DNA of 64,000 bases, taken from Lama guanicoe (taxonomy: Eukaryota). Shown one piece after another: positions 13,852 through 28,200 of this stretch (position 1 is its first letter; each line of letters begins with the position of its first letter). The stretch lies in NCBI GenBank assembly GCA_013239625.1, contig MU053493.1, positions 1,063,793 through 1,127,792 on the forward strand. The letters are read 5' to 3'. The notes below the pieces were generated by a model that was not told the DNA's origin, searched no databases, and was given only the letters and a program-made list of their open reading frames with translations. The translations under genes and the position numbers were made by a program.

Positions 13852-14679
13852 CATATGACACAACTCATAGATATTCAGGGATTCTCTGATATTATGACAC
13901 CACTGACTTTCTACGTTTGTGATCCATACACAGAAAACATAAACCTAAGTCTATAGCAGCTACATAAAGAATGTTTATCCTCAAATCTGTGCCTAAAGCT
14001 AGTCTTAATTTGAGCACAAAAGGACAAGGCTGTTTCTGGAACTGGGAGACTCAAGTAGATGGGCTTTATTTCTACAGAATATTTGGTCCTGAAATGCCAT
14101 CTTACTGAAGAAATGGCAACTACCAGATGGTTGAAATTGACAGTAATTCTTAAATTGTCCTCTTTAAAGAGAATGGTATACTCTAGGTAATAGTATAGCC
14201 AAGTGTTTGGACAGGGAACACAGAATAAGGATATGATAAGGGTGATCATCAGATTGATCCAGGGATCCTATGATTTTATGACTTGATGGTTTTTAGATTG
14301 CTTGACTTGGCAATTCTTATTCACAAATAATAAGACACTAAAAAGAGAGAAAAAATGAATTCAGCAATATGGAGAAAAAAGCCAGAATCTCACAAGACGA
14401 GAAGACCACAAAACATACTTAGCAAGAGACACAGGCCATGCTGGAAACGACCAGAACTCTCTCCCTGTTCCCTCTTTTTCCTCATGGACTCTGCCCTGCA
14501 GACAGTGAGAAGGGGGAAGCACAGCTGCATGTAGCCTCCATTCTTTGCTCAGCCTCTGGACCCTGAATCCTGGTAGAAACACAGTGCCTGGCTGTCTGAC
14601 CTCAGAGTCTCTCTCTTGCCATCTGTCCTGGGGTGACAGCAATGGTTAATATTAGAGCTGGACAGTCAGACAAGCCAGA

Positions 14680-15073
14680 CATTTAAATACATTATAAAAT
14701 GGTCACCACAAATCTGGAAATCATCTGTCACCATACACAATTATTACAGTATTACAGTATTATTACATACAGCATAAGTTCCTTATGCTGCACATTACAT
14801 CCTCATGGCTTATTTATTCTATGACTGGAGGCTTGTACCTCTTAATCCCCTTCACGTAATTCACCCATCCACCCCACTCTGGCAACCACCAGTTTATTCC
14901 CTGTATCTATAAGTCTGTTCTTGGTTTGTTTATAGATTCCACATGTAAGTGAAATCATAATTATTTGCCCCTCTGTCTGACTTATTTCATTTAGCATAAT
15001 ACCCATCTACATTGTTGCAAATGGCAAGATTCCATTTTTTATGGCTCAGTAATATTCTATTATGTATATATAA

Positions 15074-15112
<39 letters not shown>

Positions 15113-15690
15113 ATGTGTCTTCTTTATCCATTCATCTATTGATAGACACTTAAGTTGCTTCTATATCCTGGCTATTGTAAATTATGTTTCAGTGAACATA
15201 AGGATGCATTAGTGGGCTTTTGTCTCTTTGGATAAATACCCAGAAGTGGAGTTGCTAGATGATATGGTACTTCTATTTTTAATTTTTAGAGCACCTCCAA
15301 CTGTTATCCATAGTGTCTGCACTAATTTACATTTCCACCAACAGTGCACAATCTCACCAACATTTGTAATTTCTTGTCTGTTTTATAAGATCCATTATGA
15401 CAGGTGGGAGGTGATATCTCATTGTGGTTTTGATTTGTATTTTCCTCATGATTAGTGATGTTGGGAGCATCTTTTCATATGCCTGTTGGCCATTTGTATG
15501 TCTTCTTTGGAGAACTGTCTATTCAAGCCCTCTGCCCAATTTTCAATTGGATTGTTTGTTTTTTGGTTATTGAATTGTATGATTTTTAACACACTTTGGA
15601 TATTAACCCCTTATTGGATATATCATTTGCAAATGTCTTCTCCCACTCAGTAGGTTGTCCTTTTTTTGTTGATGGTTTCTTTTACTGTGG
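14680..15690 (-). mobile_element. L1MA-like 3' end
   Basis: Antisense L1 ORF2 tail/3'UTR ('tagattccacatgtaagtgaaatc', 'ggtgatatctcattgtggttttgattt'); (CA)n near 15080-15108. Confidence 0.8.
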
Positions 15691-17405
15691 TAATGGTGAT
15701 TTTTTTTATATTCCTCAATTTCTTCTGCATTTAGTAATTGGAATTCTTATGCAAGTAAGAGTTATTTCTTTCCTATTTATTAATTACACATTTATATCAG
15801 CACAGATTTATGGGTATTTATTTTATCATTTGGGTTATAGTCTAATACTATCATTATTTTTGTAGCCCAAGTTGTTCCTTGAGCACTCTTTGGTCATTAT
15901 TTTTTGAACATTTATAGCTTTTTCGGGTTTGCACACATGCTCTTTTGCTACACCCACATCCTTTTTGTTTTTGTTTTGTTTGCTTATTTGGTTTTATTTG
16001 ATCGCTTACTTACTTATTGGCACTGTAAGATGTTCCAGGCTCGTCATGTATTTTCTCTCCCATAGGTTTGGAGTCAACCACATCTCCAAAAACTAACAGC
16101 CTCCATTTGTTGGAGAACAAAACTGATTTAGAAACCAAGACAGGGAGGTGGGAGGGTATATCTCAGTGGTAGAGTGCACGCTTAGCATGCACAAGGTCCT
16201 GGGTTCAATCCCCAGTACCTGCATCAAATAAATAAACAAGTAAATTAACTTAATTACCCTCTTCCCCCCAAAAAAAGAGAAACCAAGACCTCCTGGACAC
16301 AAGGTATGCTCATTGCTACTGGGTCATATAGCATCCATTTCCTCTCAGTGGGTAAGACTAGGAAAGATATGCATATATGTTACCTCATGTGTATACACAT
16401 CTACATATCTATATGTATCTATTTATATTTATAGATACACGAGTATATATGTGTCTATCTATCTATCTATACACTCATGTGTCCACATTGAGCCTGCAAC
16501 TTCAATGCAGCATCATGGAACTCATTCCACACTTCCCCCTTTCCTTTACTTATTTGTAACTTCTTCCTCCCTCAAGGAGAAACTTGGTTCTCATTCTCTA
16601 CAACATATTTACTTATTTGTTCAATGCTAGTGCACAAATTAAGTAGTTTCAAGATTCTTAATCCAGCCCTTCTGGAAACAAATATATCAACAAAAGTACC
16701 ATATTTGTTCCCTGCTCTTTTTGTATTTAGCTTTATATTATGCAGTCAATACTGGATTTTTAAACTTAATTTAGCTATACTCTTTTCTTCCTTCTTCCCT
16801 CAGTGTGCTTATGTGATTCATTGGCAATACAGTTTGATCCATTCATCACAGTCAAGATTCAACCTGTCTCCTGCAACCTGCTTGATTTTAAAATATTACA
16901 TCAATAAAACTCACTTTTGTGGTAAAAAGGTCTATGGATTTTGACAGATGAATAGAATCTTGTATCAACCACCACTGTTTCACATCAGCCATTTCCCATT
17001 AAATATTTCTATCATCCCAAAAGCTCCCCTGTGCTCCCCTTTTACATAAAACCCTCTTCCAATGCAAAGCAACCTCTGATCTACTTTCCTTTCTAGAATT
17101 TTGCTGTATCCAGTGTTACATAAATTGAATTACACAATAGGTCATCTTTCGGATCTTTTTTATTTCATTTAGCAAAATGCTTTCAAGAGTGATCCATAAT
17201 TTTGCAGGCATGAATAATTTGCTTCTTTTTGTTGCTGAAAAGCAGTCCATTTAGATGGATGTATCATACATTAACTATCCATTCATCACATCAAGGACAT
17301 TCACATATAGGCTTTTGTGTGAATAGACATTTTTAATTTCTTGGATAAATACACAGGAGTAGGACTCTGGGTCATAGAATAGGTGTACGATTATCTTTAT
17401 ACAAA
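15690..17405 (-). mobile_element. Ancient L1 (L1MD-like) 3' region; outermost host of the nest, resuming near 30460
   Basis: Breaks at 'ctgggtcatagaataggtgtacg...tttatacaaaat' and continues at 'tttttccaaagtggctgtacc' near 30460; these are contiguous in L1 consensus text. Confidence 0.65.
16142..16277 (+). mobile_element. Vic-1-type SINE with 12-bp TSD
   Basis: tRNA-Ala head and tail; perfect TSD 'agaaaccaagac' at 16130-16141 and 16278-16289. Confidence 0.92.
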
Positions 17406-19600
17406 ATGGCCCAGTTCTCCTCCCCAATCCCAGACCAAGGGCGCATAGGCAGAAAAAGTAAACAGAGCCCAGTTTCAGCAAGTTATCTGGCCCTGGAAGC
17501 CTCTTTGTCCCTGGGGACCCATGATTGTGTCCCTCACCTAGAGACCAAGGAAGTACAGATGGCATGTAAATGCGGAACCACCCTCCCTCACCAAGAAATA
17601 CCTCTGTGTCCCACCTTGGGAAACCTCTTCTGCTCCTCAGGTGGCACCAGCAGACAACACTGGGATCCTCAGAGCACCAGAGTAACCAAACAGAGGAAAA
17701 TAACACTGCAAAGTCTCTGAACCTTAAACTGCAATTGGAGCCATTGCCCACAAAATTTGGATAAGACCCACACACTAAACCTACAAAGAGTAACAGCATG
17801 CAAAATTAAAATATTTAAACAGGACTAAGAGCCTCCTGATCTAATAGACAATATAACCAGGATATGGTTGAAAGTCACCTGTCATACTAAGAATCACCAT
17901 GAATGAGAAAAGACAATCAACAGACACAAACAAAAAGATGAAGCAGAGTCGGAATTATCTGACAAGGATTTTTAAAACAACAGTCAAAAAAACGCATCAA
18001 TAATCAATTACAAATTCTCTTGCAACAAATGGAAAAAAATAGAATTTTTTTAGAATAGCAATGAAACAAAAGCTATAAAAACAACCAAGTGGAAATTATA
18101 GAACTAAAAATACAAGTAAGAGAAAAAAATAACTCACTGGATGAGCTCAATTGTAGAACAGTAATTACAGAGGATAGAACCAGTGAACTTGAAAACATCA
18201 AAAAAATTCACCCAATCTGAGCAAAGAGAAAATACATGGAAAGAAATGAACAGAGCCTCAGAGATATGTGGGGAAGTAACATAGAGTCCAACAATCAAAT
18301 CATCAAAGTTGCAGAAAGAGGAGGGAAAGATAGTGGGCCAAAAGGAGTATTTGAAAAAATAATGGCTGAAAATGTCTCCAATTTGGCAAAAGACACAAAC
18401 CTACAGCCTCAAAAAGGCTAAGAAAAGCCAAATAGGGTAAAATCAAAGAAATCATTTCAAAATACATCATGATGAAGTTTCGTAAACTAAAGACAAAAAA
18501 ATTTTTTTGAAAGCAACCAAAAAGACATAATGCCAATAAGAAAATGCCAACTCAAATATCAAGAGAATTCTTATCAGAAATGAAGTCATGGAGGCAGAAG
18601 GAAGTGGCACAATATTTTTCAAGTGCTGAAAAAAAAGATCTGTCAACAAAGAGCTCTGTATCTAGTGAAGCTACTATTCAAGAATAAAGAGAAAATGAAA
18701 GCATGGTCTGATGAGGGAAAGCAATAAGAATTTGGTGCCAGCAGACCTGTCCTTAAAGGATGGTGAAAGGAAGTTCTCCAAAAGGAGGGAAATGATAAAG
18801 GAAGGAGTAATAGTAAAAAGAAAAATATAGATACTTTTTTCCCTTTCCTAATGAGCTTTGTAAGTCATATTTAATGATTGAAGCAAAAACTGTGACTCCA
18901 GACAACGATTTTTGTAAATGGGGCAGTTAAAAAGGTAGCTAAATAGAACTGAGGTCTCCACACTTAACAGTGGTAAAATGGTGATACCAGCAGATCCACA
19001 ATAACTCACATGTCTATATTGTAATACCTACCCAGAGCAACTGGAATGAAAAATGTATGAAATGGTACATCCAAAAGCACTACAAATACATCAAGGTGGA
19101 ATCCTAAAAAGTGTTCAGATAATCTATTGGAAGGCAGGAAAAGGAAGAGAAATGTGAACTGAAGCAAACAGAAAACATTTTTTTAAAGGCAAGGCGGTAT
19201 CTAACGTATCAATAAGTACCTTATATAGAAATGGTCTAAATGTACCAATGAAAAGACAGAGATTGATAGAGTAGACTAAAAATAAAAAAGCTGAGCTAAC
19301 TATAAACTTTATATAAGAAACTCACTTTAAATTCAATGATGTAGCAAATCAAAACTACAGTGAGATATCACCCCGACCAGTCAGAATAGCCACCATTCAA
19401 AAATCCACGAACAATAAATGCTGGAGAGGGTATGGAGGAAAGGGACCCCTCCTACACTGTTGGTGGGAATGCAGTTTGGTGCAGCCATTATAGAGAGTAT
19501 ACAGAGTCTTCAAAAGACTAAACATGAACTTACCATATGAACCAGCAATCCTACTCCTGCACATATATAAAGAAGGAACTTTAATTCAAAAAGATACATG

Positions 19601-22600
19601 TGACAGAAGCCAAGGTGGCAGAGTAGAGAAGGATGCTCATAGCTCACCTTCTCCCACAAATACACCAAGACTTACATCCACTGACCCATTCAGGCAACCA
19701 GAGCACCTGCAGAACTCCAACAGAACATCGCCCTCTTCAAAAGACAAAGAAGCCAAAAATCTGGAAGGAGAAAAGGAAAAAAGAAAGAAGAAAAGGCAAA
19801 ATATTGTGGGACTGGTCCCACTGGGAGGGAGTGGCAAAGGAGGACTAGCACTCATTTGCTGGGTCTCCCCTCTCCAACAGAGAGGCCAGTGGGACAGAGG
19901 GGCAGCCTCTGAGGCTCGGATCTGCATGAGCAGCCTTTGACCGACAGAACTAAGTTAAAAGGGCACAGAGGGTCCCTGTGACACCCAACCCAAGATGTGA
20001 GCCAGCAGCTAGGGGCTGGGACAGGCTGCCCGAGCCTGGCGGAGGACTGGGGTGGCTGCACTGAGGCAGCCCTGGGGAACTACAGGGTGCTGCATGCCAT
20101 GGATGAGTGGGTATACAAGGCAGAACAACTTGGGCCGTCCATAAAACAACACAGCAGATGTGTCCTGGGGGTAAGAGGGCCATACCCTCAGCTCTGAAAA
20201 CCAGCGGAAGGTTTTCCGGTGAAGAGAGGCAGGGCTCAGGCACAGCCTCCATATCCTCCCTTGCTTAGCACCCAGGTGGGGGTGGGGTCCAAGCCTGAAT
20301 TTGTACCTAAGGGCTTAGCAGCCTCAAAGGCCAGATGGAGACTTGTTTACAGCCTGAGGCAGATAGGATCCTTCCACCCTATTGCCTCAGAGAACTCGCA
20401 TCGCCAAGACAAACAAGGAGCTGAATTTGGGCACAGAGCAGGCGCGCTGCGTTTCCACCATCTTCCCTGAGTGCACCTATGGAGCTCGTCCACCTGAGGT
20501 GGAGCTGGCAGCTTCACAAAGCAGGGGAGTGACCGGCGCCTGGAGAAGGTGGGTGGTCACCCACCTTCCTGGCAGGAACGCACCTGACCGTGGTGCTGGG
20601 AGGGGCGCAATCCACCCACCTACCTGGTCAGTCTGCAACATCTTGCTGCAGAATCAAGAGGGGGAGTGACCTGCCTGCCCACAGCAAAGGAAAGCAGCAC
20701 CTGACCCAGTGATGGGAGGGGGTGTGATCTGCTTGCCGATAGGTACTGGGAACAGTACAGACGAGGGCACCAACAGAGGGCCTCTGGAAACAGCAAGATG
20801 AGTTCACAAAACACGGCAAAGACAGAAAGACTTCTCATTAAGAGCATGCAGTCTCCAGGAGAACACCCACCCCTTCTTTTTTTTTTTTAAATCTATTTAT
20901 ACCTGTTGTATTTTCTCTCACCTTTTTAATTTTTACTTTTTAAACAATTACATATGTTTCCACTTTTGATCCCTTTTAAATTTTTCTTTTAAAATATTTT
21001 TATTATTATTTTTAAAAATCCACCTCATTTCATTTTTATTTCTCTTGGTTTTGATCTCCTCTTATTGATTATACACAGGTTTCAATTTTTTTGTCTTTTC
21101 TCCTTTTTTTAAAGGTTTTTAAAAGACATCTCAACCCGATTGCTATTCTGCTTCAACTTGCTCTTCTATTATTCATTATACACTGTTTTCAAACTTTTTT
21201 CCTCTCCCTTTTTTAAAAATTCTATCTTTATTTTATCTTTTTTATCTGTTCTATTTTTGATTACCTTTTTCATTTCTACTTTCTAAACAATTGTATATGC
21301 TTCTAGTTTTACTTTTTCTAATTTTTCTTTTGAAGTATTTTCATTATTATTATTTTTAAAAATCCACCTTCTTTTATTTTCATTTCTTTTGGTTTTGATC
21401 TCCTGTTATTGTATATACACAGGTTTCAAATACTGTTTTTTGATCTTTTTTCCTTTTTCTTTAAAGGTTTTTAAAAAAATCTCAACTGGATTGCTAGTCT
21501 GATTCAGATTGCTCTTCTATTACTGATTATATGCTGTTTTCAAACCTTTTTTTTCTCCCTTCTTTTAAAATTCTCTTTCTCTCTCGCTCTCTCTTTTTTT
21601 TTATTTCTACATAGGTGTTAGATAGATAAATAAATAAACTGCTTAAGGACCACAATAGATAACTGATACTCCATAATCCACAGTGCCAGAGAGATATAAG
21701 CAATATGAAGAATCAGAGGAACAATTCCCAATTAAAAGAGCAAGAGAAATCCCCTGAAAGAACAATCAATGAAATAGACATTGATAACCAACCAGATCAA
21801 CTGACCACAATGCCATGAAACTAGAAATCAACTACAGAGAAACAAAAGAGAAAAAAAGGAAAGCATGGAGATTAAACAACATGCTATTAAAACACCAATG
21901 GGTCAATGAGGAAATCAAAGCTGAAATTAAAAATACCTTGAGACAAATGAAAATGAAAACACAATCACACAAAATTAATGGGACACAGCAAAGGCAGTGC
22001 TAAGAGGGAAGTTTAAAGGATATAGGACTTCCTCAAAAAAGAAGAACAATCTCAAATAAACAATCTAACCCACCAGCTAAAATAATTAGAAAAAGAAGAG
22101 CAAAAAAGCCCAAAAGGCAACAGAAGGAAGGAAATAATAAAGATCAGGAAGGAAATAAATAAAATACAGATTTAAAAAAAACATAGAAAAATCAATCAAA
22201 CCAAAAGCTAGCTTTTTGAAAAAGGAAATAACATATGCAAGCCTCTGGCCAAACTCACAAAGAAGAAAAAAGAGAGAGCACAAATAAGCAAAATAAGAAA
22301 GGAAAATGGGGAAATTACAATGAATAACATAGAAATACAGAATATCATACGAGAATATTATGAAAAACTATATGGAACCAAAATGGATAACCTAGAGGAG
22401 ATGGATCAGTTTCTGGAAACATACTGTCCACCAAGACTGAATCAAGAAGAAACTGACCACTTAAACAAAACAATCACTAGAAATGAAATTGAATTAACAA
22501 TAAAAAACCTCCCTACAAATAAAAGTCCAGGACCACACAGCTTCACTGGGGAATTCTACCAAACATACAAAGAAGAACTCATACCAGTACTTCTCAAACT

Positions 22601-25240
22601 CTTCCAGACGATTGAAAAGGAGGGAATACCCCCAAACTCATTCTATGAAGCCACCATCACCCTGATACCAAAACCAGGCAAAGACACTACAAAAAAAGAG
22701 AATTATAGGCCAATATCACTGATGAACATAGACGCCAAATTCCTCACCAAAATATTAGCAAATAGAATCCAACAGCACATAGAAAAGATTATACATCATG
22801 ATCAAGTGGGGTTCATCCGAGGGACATAAGGGTGCTTCAACATATGCAAATCAATCAATGTAATACATCACATCAACAAGAATAAGGACAAAAACCACAC
22901 GATCATCTCAATAGATGCAGAAAAAGCATTTGATAAAATTCAACACCCATTTATGACAAAAACTCTTACCAAAGTGGGTATAGACAGAACATATCTCAAC
23001 CTAATTAAAGCTATATATGACAAACCTACAGCCACCATAGTACTCAATGGTGAAAAACTCAAAAGCTTCCTACTAAAATCTGGGACAAGACAAGGATGCC
23101 CACTATCACCACTCCTATTCAACATAGTCCTAGCCACAGCAATCAGACAAGAGAGAGAAATAAAAGGGATCCAAATTGGAAAAAAAAGAGGTAAAAGTGT
23201 TACTATATGCTGACGACATGTTACTATATATAGAAAACCCTTAAAGGTCCACACAAAAACTATCAGAGCTGATCGAAGAATTCAGCAAGGTAGCAGGTTA
23301 CAAGATTAATGCTCAAAAATCAGTTGCATTTCTTTACACTAACGATGAATCAACAGGAAAAGAAAGTAAAGAAACAATCCCCTTTAAAATAGCACCCAAA
23401 GTAATAAAATACCTGGGAATAAATCTAACCAAGGAGGTGAAAGAATTACATACAAAAAACTATAAACCATTGATGAGGGAAATTAAAGAAGACTTAAAAA
23501 ATGGAAAGATATCCCATGCCCTTGGATTGGAAGAATCAATATTGTTAAAATGGTCACACTGCCCAAGGCAATCTACAGATTTAATGCAATCCCTATCAAA
23601 TGACCCAGGGCATATTTCACAGAACTAGAATGAATCATAGTAAAATTTATATGGAGCCATCAAAGACCTAGAATTGCCGAAGCATTACTGAAGAGAAAGA
23701 AAGAGGCTGGAGGAATAACTCTCCCAGACTTCAGACAATACTATAGAGCTACAGTCATCAAGACAGCATGGTATTGGTACAAAAACAGACATATAGACCA
23801 ATGGAACAGAATAGAGAGCCCAGAAATGAACCCACAAGCTTTTGGTCAACTCATCTTCGACAAAGGAGGCAAGAATATACAATGGAATAAAGACGGTCTC
23901 TTCAGCAAATGATGTTGGGAAAACTGAACAGCAGCATATAAATCAATGAAGCTAGAACACTCTTTTCCACCATACACAAAAATAAATTAAAAATGGATCA
24001 AAGACTTAAACATAAGGCAAGATACAATAAACCTCCTAGAAGAAAGTATAGGCAAAACATTATCTCACATACATCTCAAAAATGTTCTCCTAGGGAAGTC
24101 TACCCAAGTAGTAGAACTAAAAGCAAGAATAAACAAATGGGACCTAATGAAACTTACAAGCTTCTGCATAGAAAAAGAAACCATAAGTAAAACAAAAAGA
24201 CAACCTACAGAATGGGAGAAAATTTTTGCAAATGAAACCGACAAAGGCTTGATCTCCAGAATATATAAGCAGCTCATACGACTTAATAAGAAAAAAAGAA
24301 CAACCCAATCCAAAAATGGGCAGAAGACCTAAACAAGCGATTCTCCAAGGAAGAAATACAAATGATCAATAGACACATGAAGAAATGCTCAATATCACTA
24401 ATTATCACAGAAATGTAAATCAAAACTACAATGAGGTATCACCTCACACCAGTCAGAATGGACATCATTCAAAAATCCACAAATGACAAATGCTGGAGAG
24501 GCTGTGGAGAAAAGGGAACCCTCCTGCACTGCTGGTGGGAATGCAGTTTGGTGCAGACACTGTGGAAAACAGTTTGGAGATTCCTCAAAAGACTAGGAAT
24601 AATCTTACCATCTGACCCAGGAATCCCACTCCTGGGCATATATCCAGAAGGAACCCTACTTCAGGATGACATCTGCACCCCAATGTTCATAGCAGCACTA
24701 TTTACAATATCCAAGAGATGGAAATAGCCTACATGTCCATCAACAGATGACTGGTTAAAGAAGAAGTGATATATTTATACAATGGAATACTGTTCAGCCA
24801 TAAAAATTGATAACATAACGCCATTTGCAGCAACATGGTTGTTCCTGGAGAATGTTATTCTATGTGAAGTAACCCAGAAAGAGAAAGAAAAATACCATAT
24901 GAGATCACTCACATGTGGAATCTAAAAAAAGAAAAAAAAACAGCAAAAAAAAATACAAATCAGAAACAGACTCATAGACATAGAATACAAACTTGTGGTT
25001 GCCAAGGGGACATGGGGTAGGAAGAGACAGATTGGTATTTCAAAATGTAGAATAGATAATGAAGATTATACTGTACAGCACAAGGAAATATATACAAGAT
25101 CTTATGGTAGCTCACAGAGAAAAAAATGTGACAATGAATATATGTATGTTCATATATAACTGAAAAATTGTGCTTTTCACTGGAATTTGACACAACATTG
25201 TAAAATGATTATAAATCAGTAAAAAATATTAAGAAAAAAG
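19601..25240 (+). mobile_element. Lineage-specific L1 with intact 5'UTR and 3'UTR but an internal ORF1-to-endonuclease deletion
   Basis: GC-rich 5'UTR; ORF1 start at 21705; ORF2 remnants; A-rich tail; TSD 'aaaaagatacatg' (19588-19600) versus 'aaaaaaggatacatg' (25234-25248). Confidence 0.92.
21801..24727 (+). pseudogene. Disrupted L1 ORF2 (end of endonuclease, reverse transcriptase, Cys-rich domain)
   Basis: DHN motif; [24 protein letters not shown] at 23206-23217; [18 protein letters not shown]; several stops and frameshifts. Confidence 0.93.
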
Positions 25241-28200
25241 GATACATGCACCCCATTATTCATAGTAGAACTATATACAATAGCCAAGACATGGAAACAA
25301 CCTAATTGTCCATGGACAGATGACTGGATAAAGAAGTTGTGGTATATATACAATGGACTACTACTTAGACATAAAAAAGGAATAAAATAATGTCATTTGT
25401 AGCAACATGGATGGACCTGGAGAATGTCATTGTCAGTCAAGTAAGCCAGAAAGGGAAAGAAAAATACCATATGATATCACTTACATGTGACTTAAAAAAA
25501 AAGGACAAACGAACTTATTTACAAAACAGAAACAGACTTAGAGACATAGAAAACAAACTATGTTTACCAAGGGGAAGGGGATAGGAAGGGATAAATTGGG
25601 AGTTTGAGATTTGCAGATACTAACTACTATATATGAAAAAGATAAACAAGAATTTCATACTGTATAGCACAGGGAACCAAATTCAACAGGGATATGAAAA
25701 GGAATATGAAAACAAATATATGTATGTCCATGCATGACTGAAGCATCGTGCTGTGCACCAGAAACTGACACAACATTGTAAACTGACTATACTTCAATTA
25801 TATATATATATGTATATATATATATACACACAAAAACACTAAAAATTAAAAATAAATTCAATGATGTAGCTAGTTTGAAAGGAGAGAAAAAGATATGCCA
25901 TGTAAACATTATTTTTTAAAAGCAGAACTGGCTAGGTTAATATCCAATAAAGGAGAATCTAGAGTGAAGGAAATTGCCAGAGACAGAGGAGAACACCCCA
26001 CAAAAATGATAAAAAGATCAATCCACCAGAAAGACAGAATGATCCTAAATGTGTACTAGACAAACCAGAGAGCTTCACAGTGGATGAAGCATAAAACTGA
26101 GAGAAATGACAAGAGAAATACCCAAATCTACAATTACAATTGGAGATTAACACCCACCCCAATGATAATGAAATCAGCAAGGACATACAAGATCTGAGCA
26201 ACACAACCAAATGGATGTAAGTGACACACAGAACATTCCATCAAATAAGAGAAGAATACACAATTTTCCCCAAGCACCCTTGGAAGTTGCACCAAGATAA
26301 ACCTTATCCTGGACCCAAAATATAAAAGAGCCAAAATAATACCAAATGTGTGTTCCAAAACCACAATAGTCTCAAACTAGAGGTTAATGATAGAAAGACA
26401 GCAGGAAAATCTCTATACATGTGGAAAGTAAACAGCGCTCTAAATAATTCATGAGTCAAAAGGGAAGTCTAAAAGAAAATTTGAAAACACGTAGAACTGA
26501 ATGAAAGCAAGAACATATATGAAAATATGTGGGATGCAGCCAATGCAATGTTGACAGAGAAATTTACACTGCTAAATGTTTACATTAGAAATGAGGAACA
26601 GTCTGAATAAATAACTTAAATTCCTGCCTCAAGAGCTATGAAAATAAGATCAAAATAAATCCAAGCAGGAAGAAAGAAGGACATAATAAAGATAAGAACA
26701 GAAATCAATGAAATGGCAAACAGAAGAGGATAGGGAAAATAAACGAAATGAATAGATTGTTCTTTGGGGGAAAAATCAATAAAATTGATGAACCTCAAAC
26801 AAGTCTAACAAAAATGCAGAGAGAGAAAAAGCAAATCACCAATATCAGGAAGGAAACTGGGGATAATACTACATATTCTACAGCTATTAAAAAGATAACA
26901 GCACGATTTGAGCAATTACTCATAAATTAAAAAACATAAGAAATAGACCAATTTCAAAATAAAATTCACTAACCACAAAAACTCATGCAAGAAGAAATCA
27001 ATAATTTGAATATTAAAAGGATTGAATTTGCCATTTAGATCATCTGAAAAAATAAATCTCCACGTTTGTATAAGTCTACTGAAAAGTTATAAAAGTCATT
27101 TGAAGACAAATAAACCAACTTTATGCAATCTATTTCAGAAAACAGCAGAGGAAGGAGCACTTTTCATCTCATTTTATGAAGCCAGTATTACCCGGAGTTC
27201 AAAACAAGACAAAAATGGTATAAAAAGAAAAGAAGACTACAGACCATTATCCTCCATGAATTTGTATGCAAAAATCCTAAAAAAAATAGCTAATGAATCA
27301 ATCAGAGTGTAAAAAGAATTATACACCATGACCAAGTTGAATTTATTCCAGGATGCAATGATAGTACAACATTTGAAATCAGTGCAATCCAGCATGGCAA
27401 CAAGCTAAAGGAAAAAAATCATATGATCTTATCAATTGATATGCAGAAAATATACTAACAAAATCTATCTCTCATTCATGATTTTAAAAAAAAATTAAGC
27501 AAGTTGAGAACTGGGAGGAACTGTCTGAACCTGAAAAAGAGCGTTTGCAGAAAATACAACAACAGCAACAATAGGTAACATTATACTTAATGCTTCTCCA
27601 CTCTCCTAGGATCAGGAACAGGAGAAGGATGCCAGGTCTCCCCACGCATTTAACTGAAAGTTCTAGCCATTTTTAAAGGCGAGAAAAAAAATAAGAAGCA
27701 TACAGATCAGAAAGCAAGATATAAAATTATTCCTATTTGTAAATGATCTGATTAGGTAAAAATCCCAAGGATCCTATAAGAAAACTCCTAGAACTAATAA
27801 ATAAGTTCACTGAGGTCCCAGTTTATAAGGTCAACAGACAAACATCAATCACATTTTTATATACTAACAACTACAGGAACCACAATAACCAAATAAAATG
27901 AAAGGTTAGGCATGCACTTAAGAAAACCTGTGTAACATCTAGGTGCCTAAAAATGACAAAATGCCTATGAAAGAAACAGAGAAGACCTAAATAAATGCAG
28001 AGATGTATCATGTTTATGGTTCGAAAAACTCAGCATAGTAAAAATGTCAATTTCCCAAAATTGATCTATGGATTTAATATAATTCCTATAAAAACCCTAG
28101 TAAGAATTTTTGTAGACATAAAGAGGCTTATTCTAAAATTTATGTGGAAAGGCACAGGCCTTAGAGTAGCTTAAACAATCTCAAAAAAGAAGAAGAAAGT

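Larger units (their letters stand above)
19346..25852 (+). mobile_element. 5'-truncated L1 (about 0.86 kb), split by a younger L1
   Basis: Perfect 18-bp TSD 'taaattcaatgatgtagc' at 19328-19345 and 25853-25870; the halves 19346-19600 and 25249-25852 join as ORF2 tail plus 3'UTR. Confidence 0.88.

Noticed and set aside
19524..20850. Cluster of overlapping ORFs, also at 33345-34619
   Set aside because: They lie in GC-rich L1 5'UTRs and their frames do not obviously correspond between the two copies
22320..24727. Active reverse transcriptase gene
   Set aside because: L1 ORF2 broken by stops and frameshifts, with most of the endonuclease deleted
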